Below, one piece after another: positions 39,053-50,612 of a DNA stretch of 64,000 nucleotides. Within the stretch, counting starts at the first letter, position 1. Every line of letters begins with the position of its first letter. The position numbers and the translations under genes are program-made. This DNA comes from Octopus bimaculoides (Eukaryota), in NCBI RefSeq assembly GCF_001194135.2, contig NC_068995.1, positions 27,847,116 to 27,911,115 of the forward strand, written 5' to 3'. The notes beneath the pieces were generated by a model that did not search any database, had not been told where the DNA came from, and saw only the letters and a program-made list of their open reading frames with translations.

Positions 39053-39460
39053 AAGTTGATGCAGTCGGAAGTGCTCACCTCAAGCAAATGTAGAACAATA
39101 AAGAAATAAGTGATATCCACTTTATACAGCTCAACCAATTAGCGCTCTGACAGAGCTTCAGGAATATAAAATTAAGAAGATAAATTCAAAGGTCGATGTA
39201 TATATTCATTCAATCCATATTAACGAAATTCTACATGGTATACATACATAGATGCATTCATCTATATGATATATGAAATTTCTAAGAATGTATAAATACA
39301 TACATACAAATGAAAATTTATAAATATATAAAAATATAAGTCCATATATGTATCTGCGAAGTCCAAATGTTCAAATTTGATTCAATGAAGAGGAAGATAA
39401 AAAAGCAAATGTAAAATGATTCATAAGGAATCCTAAGCATGTATAAAATTTATGTATAAA

Positions 39461-39548
39461 ATCTTACAGCCATTTCGAAAAGATAAAGGTTGCTATGGGC
39501 GAGCTAACTCCAACCATAGCAATTCTCTATATTTCTCTCATTAGAGTT
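39461..39548 (-). ncRNA. Degenerate type I hammerhead about 400 nt upstream of the PLE ORF
   Basis: Minus strand: AACT CTAATGA GAGAA..TTGCTATGG/CCATAGCAA..TTTTC GAAAT GGCT GTA AGAT. Confidence 0.55.
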
Positions 39549-39804
39549 AATAGATTCCCAAGGTCGAAACTTTAAAAGAAATGGTAGGTTAGTTGATTTT
39601 TAAAAGAATGAATGTTTAATCGGACCATTCTCTTCAAGCAGAAGTTATAGTTTCAAGCTAAAGTGCATTATGACACTATATATAATATAAAGTTTTAGAA
39701 GAGTCCATAATATGAAGGAAGGCTAGATTAGGATGCTATAGTTCAATTACTTTTGGTGAAAAGTTAAAAAGTTGAAAGATATACATACATATATATACAT
39801 AGAA

Positions 39805-39886
<82 letters not shown>

Positions 39887-40010
39887 TTAATTTACAAAGG
39901 TATCGTTAATTCTATTATTATCCAATGTAACTATTTTAAGAATGATAATAACAGAATCAACGATACAGGCGACAGCAGGCTAAAAAATAGCATTAAATAG
40001 CCAAGGGATT

Positions 40011-40212
40011 AAAATTAATCAAAGACATACTAAGTATGTCTGCCTGCTTGAAATAACAGTCAAAACTCGTTATTAAAACGCCAAAAGTACACTGGTGATA
40101 ACTACAGAAATCAAACGAAGGCAAATTTGGTTAAGACAATCTACTTACATTGCCAGTTTTGACTGTTATTTCAAGCAGGTAGACATACTTAGTATGTCCT
40201 TTGATTAATTTT
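40011..40212. mobile_element. Foldback/MITE with inverted arms of about 57 bp
   Basis: 40011-40067 is the reverse complement of 40155-40212, with one mismatch and one indel. Confidence 0.85.
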
Positions 40213-40322
40213 ATATATATATAGGTACACACATATATATACATGCATATATGTATATACATATATACATACATATACATCTATACATATACATACAGAT
40301 GTATATACCCATATATGCATGC

Positions 40323-40368
<46 letters not shown>

Positions 40369-40941
40369 NNNNNNNNNNNNNNNNNNNNNNNNNNNNNNNN
40401 NNNNNNNNNNNNNNNNNNNNNNNNNNNNNNNNNNNNNNNNNNNNNNNNNNNNNNNNNNNNNNNNNNNNNNNNNNNNNNNNNNNNNNNNNNNNNNNNNNNN
40501 NNNNNNNNNNNNNNNNNNNNNNNNNNNNNNNNNNNNNNNNNNNNNNNNNNNNNNNNNNNNNNNNNNNNNNNNNNNNNNNNNNNNNNNNNNNNNNNNNNNN
40601 NNNNNNNNNNNNNNNNNNNNNNNNNNNNNNNNNNNNNNNNNNNNNNNNNNNNNNNNNNNNNNNNNNNNNNNNNNNNNNNNNNNNNNNNNNNNNNNNNNNN
40701 NNNNNNNNNNNNNNNNNNNNNNNNNNNNNNNNNNNNNNNNNNNNNNNNNNNNNNNNNNNNNNNNNNNNNNNNNNNNNNNNNNNNNNNNNNNNNNNNNNNN
40801 NNNNNNNNNNNNNNNNNNNNNNNNNNNNNNNNNNNNNNNNNNNNNNNNNNNNNNNNNNNNNNNNNNNNNNNNNNNNNNNNNNNNNNNNNNNNNNNNNNNN
40901 NNNNNNNNNNNNNNNNNNNNNNNNNNNNNNNNNNNNNNNNN

Positions 40942-41015
<74 letters not shown>

Positions 41016-41129
41016 ACACACGCACACACACACACAATATATATATAGATATATATGTATATACACACATAATATATATGTATGTGTGCGCATATACATA
41101 TATATATACATAAGATAATAGTTTCACTA

Positions 41130-41420
41130 TTAATAATGGAAGTATATAATGCTAAAAGTATTAAACTGAAAGTACTGTCTCACATTACAATAGAGATGTT
41201 ATTGTTTCACTTTTAACACTTAATACTGAAATAGTGTAACAGATAAGAGATTGCTCTGGGCTTGCATTAGGCAAGAAGTTGAAATTTTTTTTGGCCCATG
41301 ACACTGCATGGACCCTAAGTAAGGCACGTGTAAAATTTGTTTGAAATAGATTTGGTAGTTCTCGAGTTTTAGTGATGCACACATACAGACAGACACATTC
41401 TCAGTTTTATATATATACAT
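41130..41420 (-). mobile_element. Non-autonomous Helitron 5' end
   Basis: The minus strand starts tatatataaaactgagaatgtgtctgtctgtatgtgtg..tcaaacaaattttacac, like the start of the element at 53575. Confidence 0.5.
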
Positions 41421-41577
41421 TATAGTTTTCCTTTGTTGGTAAAACATGGCAAACTGCTGTCTCTTTCAATTTTATGAATATTCATTAGTGCTTCACTAAA
41501 TCATCCATAGATTTCTATGATGAAAACATATATACAGTCAGAGAATCAAGTCCAGAATCTGCTGAAATAGTGCAAGC

Positions 41578-41627
41578 TCTTAGTGATGAGGCAACGGAAA
41601 TTGCCGAAACTGACTGTCAGCATAAGA
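41578..41627 (+). ncRNA. Orphan type I hammerhead-like motif with two core substitutions
   Basis: TCTTA GTGATGA GGCAA cggaaa TTGCC GAAA CTGAC T GTCAG CA TAAGA. All three stems are perfect; the core changes are C3>G and U16.1>C. Confidence 0.7.
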
Positions 41628-42559
41628 AATTATCGAATGGCATTTTTGGATGATTATAGTCTCCGACTGTATATATATGTACATAATTATGTGCATTGAC
41701 TCAGCATTAGAGTATTTTAGCTGTTATTTCTAGCAGTATAGGTGTTTATAACTAACACCTTAGTCGCATTTAGTGACAATTGTAGTTTTCCTTTTTGGTG
41801 TGTGTGTGTGTGTGTGTATGCAATAAATACTTATTGGTTGAGCTGAATCATTTTGAAATTATTTAACTCAGAGAACACATTTAGTTACGTAATATGGCCG
41901 TGGTTTTAGACCGTTATGCTGTCAAAGACAAATCAGCTGCTTTATCAGGCTACTCGCCAATTTCAAGAAAATAATTGATACTCACTCAAGCAGCTCGTTC
42001 TGATACTTACTGAACTCTGTACATTAAAAGACCACGTCTAGCGCACATTGAACATCCGTGCATATACATAAACAGACACACTCACAATGAAAGACAGCGA
42101 AAATTTAACATTGTAAAAAGCCCTTAAAAACACTAAACAAAAACCTAGCATCACTTTTCATTTGTTGAAAGCAGCAAAGATGTGAAATATCGCAACATGC
42201 AAGGAGAAAACGAAGAAATGTAAATTACACTTACCTCATGGTGAAAGGAAATTTGACAGAATGTAAAAGAAAATTATTTATACATAAACACGCACACACA
42301 CATCTTTCAATGTGTGTGTGTTTATATTTATGTGTGTATGTTTCAGTGTGTGTGTGTGTGTATGTGCCTCATTGTCTTTCAATGTACTGAGTTCGGTAAA
42401 TATCAGAACAGGCTGCTCGCATGAGTGTCAATTATTTTCTGAAAATTGGCGAACAGCTTGATAAAGTAGCTGATTTGTATTTGACAACTTTACAGTCTAA
42501 AATGAAAGAATGCCCTTTAATACATAAAAATTTTTTTTTAAATGTTTGAAAATGTTATT

Positions 42560-43737
42560 TACTGACCTCATTTATAAATTAATTCAATTCTTTGATCTTT
42601 CTGGACAAATATGTTTATCACATTTTCATAGAAATCTTCTCTTTTCATCAATTGTAATAAATCTTTTTTCAATTGACATTAGTGCTAACCCAGACAATCT
42701 TTTTTTTCCTGTTGCATTTCTTTGGTACATTGTGATTCTAGTCAATGCAGAAAAGGATCGCTTTACAGAAGCAGTTGTAGATTGAATTGTCAAAGTCAAC
42801 TTGCAAAGATTAAAGAGTTCTGGCATAACCTCAACAAGATCACTGATGTAAATGTAACTCATTAAATGACTTACACTTCGCTTTGTAAAATCTTTTATTG
42901 AATAGATTACATTGAGCTCACTTTCTAATCAAATTACATAAAAAAATCTGTCATAAGTGGTTTTTAAAGAGTCTAAATAATCAACAGGAAATTGTTTGCA
43001 ATAGTCACCAACTTTGTTGAAATTCAAAAGTTCTATGAATTTAAACTCTTCTAAGGATGAATATCATGCTTTTATTTGGACAACTATTAGGTCAATAGTT
43101 TTGTTATAAAGCATTCTGTAATGTTGTTGGGGATCAATAGATATATTCCTGGATCTCTGAATTCTAATTGCTGCATCAATTCCATATTTTTCCCTAACAT
43201 ATAAAATATTGAAAAATTGTCAAGTTTGTTTTCAAGCACAGTTCTAATTTCATCTATTTACTCTTTACAATACACTATGTCATGACTTTTACTCTGGAGG
43301 ATGTTAAATAAGACATTAGTGAAAGAAAATATGTCACTGAATACTTCTAATAAAAATAAGAAATCAAGAACTTTTAAAATATGTAAGAATCCAATTGCTG
43401 AATTTATAGTGGTATCATCCCATGCTTCAGGATTTTCAATGATGTCTTCAAAAAGGCTGATTATGAAATTATAATTTTCTTTTGTGGTAATAAGATGTGA
43501 GTAGTAGTTCCATCTAGCTGCTGTTACTCTTGGAAATATTTTTTTTAACAATGTTATCTAATGCCCTTTTCAGTGATTTCATAAAAAATGTACCCTGACC
43601 ATTTATTGTAGAAAAATTATCCTGCATTCTTTTATAGGGGGTTCCTATAAGGTTGTTATCCACACCTGATTGGAACTCTCCCGTATGACATGTACGCATG
43701 CTCAGTGACTTGCTTTAACTTCCGCAGATATGTTTCT

Positions 43738-43812
<75 letters not shown>

Positions 43813-44007
43813 NNNNNNNNNNNNNNNNNNNNNNNNNNNNNNNNNNNNNNNNNNNNNNNNNNNNNNNNNNNNNNNNNNNNNNNNNNNNNNNNNNNNNNNN
43901 NNNNNNNNNNNNNNNNNNNNNNNNNNNNNNNNNNNNNNNNNNNNNNNNNNNNNNNNNNNNNNNNNNNNNNNNNNNNNNNNNNNNNNNNNNNNNNNNNNNN
44001 NTTTTTG

Positions 44008-44042
<35 letters not shown>

Positions 44043-45545
44043 TTGTTTGATTAAATAATAAATTTCTATGCTGAAAGCAGATTGGGATCAGGCAATACTT
44101 CACCGAGAGGAGATAAAAGCTTCTGCTTATTTCTGTCTGAAGTATCGTCCGATACTTCAGACTTATCGTCCGATGAATTTACTTTGTTGACATTTTTCAT
44201 CAACAGAATTTTTATACCTTTCAACGTTTCAGTCAAGTCCGCCTTTCTTCCAGTAACATACTGTCCATATAATCTAAAATATTTCTTTAACTCAGGCACA
44301 GTAAGTATTTCGATAGCTGAATTATCGAGCTGCTTTATATCCATGATAAGACGTAAAACAATAACAATAGCGTGGATAGTCTGTGGAAGTTTAATTGTCT
44401 ACATGGAGCGCCGCCTAGCCAAGGGAGATAACCTACTTATAGGAAAGCCCTATAGCAGAGCATGATTGTGAAAGATCTAAATTTAGGATATTAGCACAAT
44501 AATGAATAAAGATCACACATATTTCTTTCTTACTTTTGACTGTAACCCATTTAATTGTCCTGCCATTGGTAGCAGCACCATCATAGGTTTGTGTAATCAA
44601 TTTGTTTTCACATTTGCACACATTTAAAAACATATTCAGATAAAGCATTTGCCCTTAGATCATTAACACTGATAAATTGTTCTTTCGTAACACAATCTTT
44701 TGTAACGTAGCATAAAACAATTGACAGTTGTGAATATGCTGATACATCAGATGTTTCATCACCAAAAATAGCAATGAATGTGGCCTGATTTAAGTTCATT
44801 TTGTATTTCATTCAACATAACCTTTTGAATTGCATTGATGAAGTCATTTTGAATTCTGTTTGAGAGACTGGAGAAAGTAGAAGCTGTATCTAGATGGCGT
44901 GCCAATTTTCCATCATATTTACTGATTAAATATAAGAGTTCTTTATAATTTCCACGATTATTAGATTCTTCAGATTCAAAATAACTCCAAAGTGATAATT
45001 CCTGATGACCTAAAAAAATAGCAGCAATCAATTGTTGCAGAGTGGATCTATTTCATCTAACTTCCTCATTATGATGGTGTATGCTCCGTTTTTTACATGC
45101 ATCTAATTGTAAGTGTATGCTGACATTCCTGAATGTTTTAAGATCTATTGAGAATTTTATATGCCTTTGAGAGTGTTCATGTTTCAGCATAGTCATATAT
45201 AAATTATTTAAATCATCATAACCTTTATCATTCCAAACAGTTTTTTCTAAACAAAACAACATGCATAGCCAGCAGAAAAACTTATTATGCGTAGCGCTAC
45301 CAGTTAACCATTTTTTCTTTTCATACAAATTAACCTGAAATTGTCACGTGAATTTCTTGTTGTAGCTTCACGAATCAGGTAATTTTGGTGTTGGTTGACC
45401 ACCATTTATAATTGATTGTTTCCTTTCAAAGTCTAATTTTTTGATAAACTATTTTTCAGAATTTCTTCTATAACACACATTTCAGTCATTTGGACAAATA
45501 TTTCGAAAATCCTAAAGAGATCTTATGAAAGTAGTGGTGCACCTG
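42560..45545 (-). mobile_element. hAT transposase pseudogene (ZMYM1/DUF4371-type) with a nested TIR element
   Basis: WL.GS....FCW.C (TTF-type zinc finger), ESEESNNRGNYKELL, DETSDVS..QLSIVL.YV, QTYDGAA, IH..A..LNL, ARWN and the hATC dimerisation segment TASVKRSFSAL..RL..LALMSIE. Confidence 0.9.
43637..44450 (-). mobile_element. TIR DNA element carrying a SAP-domain ORF fragment (possibly ISL2EU/Harbinger- or Kolobok-related)
   Basis: Imperfect TIRs of about 25 bp (gggggttcctataag / cttataggaaagccc), each flanked by TATA. ORF 44066-44344: LTVPELKKYFRLYGQYVTGRKADL..LPDP. Confidence 0.75.
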
Positions 45546-46283
45546 TGAGTGTGTGTGAGTGAACTGTGAATCAGTTTCAACAAAACAGAAAGATAATTTT
45601 AGTAAATCAATAAAAGATTAATTAGCTATATTATATTTCTGTTGTCTGAATTTTTGAAAATTTGTTCAATACAGAGGATGGTTAATGATGATAATTTCAA
45701 AACTTACAACAGAGCGAAATAAATATTCCAAAGTCATGACAACATTTGAGCTGACTAATTAAGAATTATGGAATTGTTGATATGTTTTGGTCAGAATTTT
45801 TACTAGTCAAAAAGTCAAACCCATTCAACCATTTAGCCTGTCAAGTTAGCGACATCATTTACAAAGAATTGTTGACAAAGGAGAACTGATAAAAAGGAGG
45901 GGAAAGCCAAAGCTGTAATATTCATTTTTCTCAAAGCATGCCACCCGTAGTTATTTTATCATGATAAAAAAGAACCTTACAGGGCATTGACTTTACAGAT
46001 AGGCAGGAGAGAAATGATAGTTATTGAAAGATAGTAAGGGGAGGACAAAAGATTTCATGTGCGTTTTTTTATTTTTTATAAGCATGCCTACAAGAAGTAG
46101 AATGAGAATACTGCAAAGTATCGAATCTGGATAGGTTTCTATTGAAACAAAGTATCTATTTTAGCTTCGTCTCCAATAATTTGGAAAACTTTTCAATGTG
46201 GTTATAAATTCATTATGTTCTTAAATTAATTTCTGAGTTAAATGGACATGCAGTGCATGACTTGCATGTCTCGACTGCACGCC

Positions 46284-46314
<31 letters not shown>

Positions 46315-46464
46315 NNNNNNNNNNNNNNNNNNNNNNNNNNNNNNNNNNNNNNNNNNNNNNNNNNNNNNNNNNNNNNNNNNNNNNNNNNNNNNNNNNNNNN
46401 NNNNNNNNNNNNNNCACTTAAGTGGCAATATACTACACTTTATATATATATATATATACACATA

Positions 46465-46740
46465 GGCACAGGCCTGGCTGTGTGGTAAGAATTTTGCCTC
46501 CAAACCACATGGTCCTGGGTTCAGTCGCATTGCATGGCACCTTGGGCAAGCATTTTCTAATATAGCTTAAGGCCAACCAAAGCCTTGTGAGTGGATTTGG
46601 TAGATGGAAACTGAAAGAAGCCTGTTGTGTATATATATGTATGTGTCTTTGTGTCCATGTTTGTACCCCACCATCGCTTGACAACCAGTGCTGGTGTGTT
46701 TATATCCGCATAACTTAGAAGTTTGGCAAAAGCACCTACC
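46465..46740 (+). mobile_element. tRNA-derived SINE (same family as 21523 and 55420)
   Basis: cctggctgtgtggtaag..gggttcagtc..caccttgggcaag..aaagccttgtgagtggatttggtagatggaaactgaaagaagcc. Confidence 0.85.
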
Positions 46741-46744
46741 ACTA

Positions 46745-46855
46745 AATGGGCCATGTTGATTACGCAGGTCCACTTAAGGGTTCATAGTACCTTGTTTTGG
46801 TGGACAGTGTTTCAAAGTGGCCAAAAGTGCATAAATGTAAAAAGCTGACATCTGA
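46745..46855 (+). mobile_element. Gypsy integrase core fragment
   Basis: My translation: HVDYAGPLKGS*YLVLVDSVSKWPKVHKCK. Confidence 0.75.
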
Positions 46856-47099
46856 CTCTTTATAAACTAAAGAGTTGTGAGCGATTGGCAGTTCGAATTG
46901 GTAAGCAGTTTACTGTGAGCCGTTGATTGAGAGTGTTGAGTCTTGTGTAATAGTGATCGTATTGCATTGTGTAAATACTTTCTTCCCTGCCCCTGCTTTG
47001 TTAGATTATATATTCAATACCAGGATATAAAACAATCATAACTATGATAAACAGGTTATCACCTAACCTTAACATTAATAATGATATCACAAGTCTGCA

Positions 47100-49320
47100 T
47101 GATTTTCTATGTTTAAATGTCGACATAACTTTTTCAACCATTTTTTTACGCTGATTTCAGATCTGTTATTGGTTTTTCTCCATCATATCTAGTTTTTCTG
47201 TAATAATGGGGTTTTTTTTTTTTGTATTATGGTATCAGATGACAGTGATTATCTGCTCTATTTTGCTCAACAAAATAGATTGCTATAAACCAATGCTGAC
47301 CTAATATCAGTAAAGGTAAAATAGTAGCCACTATAAAGTTTATTAAACAGTTGTTACCAACTCTGACAGGCAGTATGGCCTTGAAAAGCTGTGTACATGA
47401 TTGCTAATTGATGTTTTAGTGTTGTTTTAGTAATTCCAGAGGTCAGACGTTAGTGATATTTATGTATAAACTCCATTTAAAATGAGTGCATATAGATGTA
47501 AGTACATGAACAATCCAGACACATTCTGCTACATTTGTGGCAGATATGTTGTCATTAAGCAGAGACAAAATATAACTGATCTTGTAAAAAATTTATACTT
47601 TTTTTGGTGTTAAACTCGATGATGAAGACAAATCTTGGGCTCCACACAAAGCATGTAGCACTTGTGTGGAGGAGCTGAGACTCTGGAAATCCAGTAAGAA
47701 GAAAGAAATGCCCTTTGGAATACCAATGATGTGGTGAGAGCCAAGGAACCACATTCACGATTCTTATTTCTGCATTACTAAAGTTGATGGGTAGAGTGCA
47801 AAAAGTAAACATAAGATAGTGTATCACAGAATTCTCTTGGTTATATGGCCTATAACACATGGAGAATGTTACATCAGATAGTGATGAAGAAGACAAATGT
47901 GAAGAAGATGACGACGACTCCTGATGAAATCAAAAATCCACAGTTATTTACACAGAAAGTGCTAAATGATTTGGTGAGAGATTTGAACCTACTGAGGGAT
48001 GCAGTGGAACTTCTTAGTTCTAGGCTAAAAATGAAAAAGTTTTTGTTACCGTGAACCTTCTTCTCATGGTATCGTCAAAGGAAACATAAGTTGTTACCAT
48101 TCTTTGCTGAGGATGAATCTATGGTGTTTTGCTGTAATATTCCAAACCTGCTAAGCTATTTTGAGATTGAGAGCAATCCCTCAGAATGGAGGATATTCAT
48201 TGATTCCTCCAAAAGGAGTTTGAAGGCTGCCTTGCTACATAATGGAAATAAGTATTCATCCAGAGACATAGGAAAATGTAAAAAAAAAACTTTTGTTGAA
48301 TATTAGGTATGCAAAATATTACTGGCAAGTATGTGGAAAATTATAGGCATGCTTTTAGGCCAGCAGGCAGGCTACACAAAAATGCAATGTTTCTTATGTG
48401 AATGGGATAGCAGAGCTAATGAAAAGCACTGGATGGTTAAAAACTGGCTACATAGGAGAAGTTTGTCACCTGAATCCTAAATTATTTTGCATGAGCCCTT
48501 GATTGAACCAACAAAAGTACTGCCACCACCTTTGCACATCAAACTGGGTTTGATGAAACAGTTCAATAAATCTTTGCCTGCAGATGAACCATGTTTGCAG
48601 TATCTCTCAAAAAATACCCAAATATAACCTTAGAGAAAATTACAGCAGGAATATTTGTTAGTCCTGACACTCATAAACTAATGAAAGACACATTATGAGA
48701 AATCCATGAATGAATCTCAAAAGCAGGAATCAGTGAGTTACAAGTGTGTTGTTGGGAACTTTGTAGGAAACAATAAGTGTTCAGATTACAAAGTCATAGT
48801 TGATACCATGTTGCAAAACTTCAAAAACCTTGGGTGCAATACGAGTGTTAAAATGCACTTTTTTCACTCAGACTATGACTATTTCTTGGAGAACCATGGC
48901 AATCTAAGTGAAGAGCACAGTGAGAGATTTCACCAGGACATTAAAGAAATGGGGCAGAGGTATCAGGGTAGGTGGAATGTAAACACGACTGGGTTACTGC
49001 TGGACTGCAAGCAACTACCAAAAGCTAGAAGGATATCAAAGAAAAGAATGTTTGAGAAAGAGTAAAATTACTTGAACGCCATGATAAGTGCATTAAAAAT
49101 ACATATTTTAATCAATACATTATTTATGTCTTTTTTTATTATTGTTCTAGTGATTTGTTCTTAATTTCATCAAACTTTTATCTAAAAGTCTGCCACAAAA
49201 GGGAGTGAATGACAAGAAAATTCATCCTATCTTTGGCAGCTATTTGTATAAAATCTGTACGTGATAGGCAAAGACAAAAGCATACTTTAAATCAGCATTA
49301 AAAAAGGGTTCAGAATCACC
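47100..49320 (+). mobile_element. CMC-superfamily (Chapaev3-like) DNA transposon, transposase pseudogene at about 47482-49010
   Basis: NNPDTFCYICG..DKSWAPHKAC..FGIPMMW.EP.NH..YFC, IFIDSSKRSLKAALLHNGN, GYTK..CFLCEWDSR, PPLHIKLGLMK and LSEEHSERFHQDI..RYQG.W. The family name is from recollection. Confidence 0.75.
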
Positions 49321-49399
49321 TATAAGTAGACAATCCTCATTTACTTCGTTTAAAAATGCAGACTTGTGGAATCCTATCTTAACACCTAATTTGCAGAGA

Positions 49400-49830
49400 A
49401 CTACTGGAAATTCTTTTAATTATGAGTACCAAATACAAGTTAGTAAATGCCTGTGTAATTATTTAAACAAAATTGTATGTCCTTTAGAAAATCAGTGTTT
49501 AAGGAAAAATATAGTATATCAGTGTAAAGTAATAACTGGAGGTCGTAAATATTATTATGTTGGTTCATCTGCTACAATTTGGAAATTTAGGTTTCATAAT
49601 CATTCTCATTCATTTAAGTATAGAAGAAAAAGTAATTTCTGCAAATCTTAGTAAATGCATCTGGGATTTAAAAGATAAGAACATTAAGTATGATTTAAAG
49701 TGGTCCATTATTAGTTATACACTACATGTAATTTTTACCTTGAAGAAATGTATTATATAATTACTTCTAAATTAATTTTATTGAATTTTAATGAAAGATG
49801 TTGCCATAAATTTAGAAAGACATTCAAATA
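49400..49830 (+). mobile_element. PLE GIY-YIG endonuclease C-terminal remnant
   Basis: CPLENQCLRKNIVYQC..YYVGSS..KFRF.NHSHSF, then LSKCIWDLKDKNIKYDLKWSII. Confidence 0.85.
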
Positions 49831-49910
49831 TTTCAGTCATTAATTTTAATAATTTTTCATATATTGTATAATAAGATTAATTCTCATAAAAGGTTTAATT
49901 TAATTGTTGT

Positions 49911-50612
49911 GGGCTGTTCCACTATTGATAAATAGTGGACAGTCACAGCAAGCAGTTTCAGTCAGCAAGGTATACTGTTCAGGCCAGTCACGCAGATGAT
50001 GAGGAGTAAAACTACATGCAGTGGCAGATGAGACTAACACTGAACTGAATTACACACAGTGAAAAATATATAAATTCTATTTAAAGAAGATTCTGAAGAA
50101 AAAAATGCCTGTAAAACTGGAACTCTAACACAGAACTGGACTACAACACAGTTAAAAATAATATACACACAGTGAAAAATATATAAATTCTGTTGAAAAA
50201 AGATTCTGAAGAAAAAAATGTCTGATAAAACTGGAACTCTAACAGGTCGCTATGTGTTAGTCGCTTTACTGGTAAACAATGTAGACCGGTACTACCTGCA
50301 GCATTCTGAAGAGAAAAATAATTCTGTGTGGAAGAAATAATAATAATAAGTCCATGTGAAGGATTTAAGTCTGGTTGCTATGTGTTAGTAACGCTACTGG
50401 TAAACAGTGTAGAATGGTACTACCTACGAAATTCTGAAGAAAAAAAATAGTGCTGTGTGAAAGAAGAAAAAAAAATCTCAAAGAGAGGTTTTGTAGTGGA
50501 TACCCCCAAGTGAGAAGTGGCCTGTTCCACTACTGTTAAATAGTGGACAGACACAGCTAGCAGTGTCAGTCAGCAAGGTACTCTGTTTGGACCAGTCATG
50601 CAGACGACGAAG
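49911..50612. repeat. Direct repeats of about 95 bp flanking a core of two nested tandem duplications
   Basis: 49911-50005 resembles 50519-50612; two internal blocks are each duplicated. Confidence 0.85.

Noticed and set aside
39120-39170. Possible second hammerhead just upstream of the PLE ORF (minus strand CTGAAG-CTCT-GTC-AGAG-C...AGCT-GTA-TAAA)
   Set aside because: Stem II is present, but the core lacks A9 and GAAA and stem I is not adjacent. It is too degenerate to call, though it may be a relic of a tandem pseudo-LTR hammerhead.
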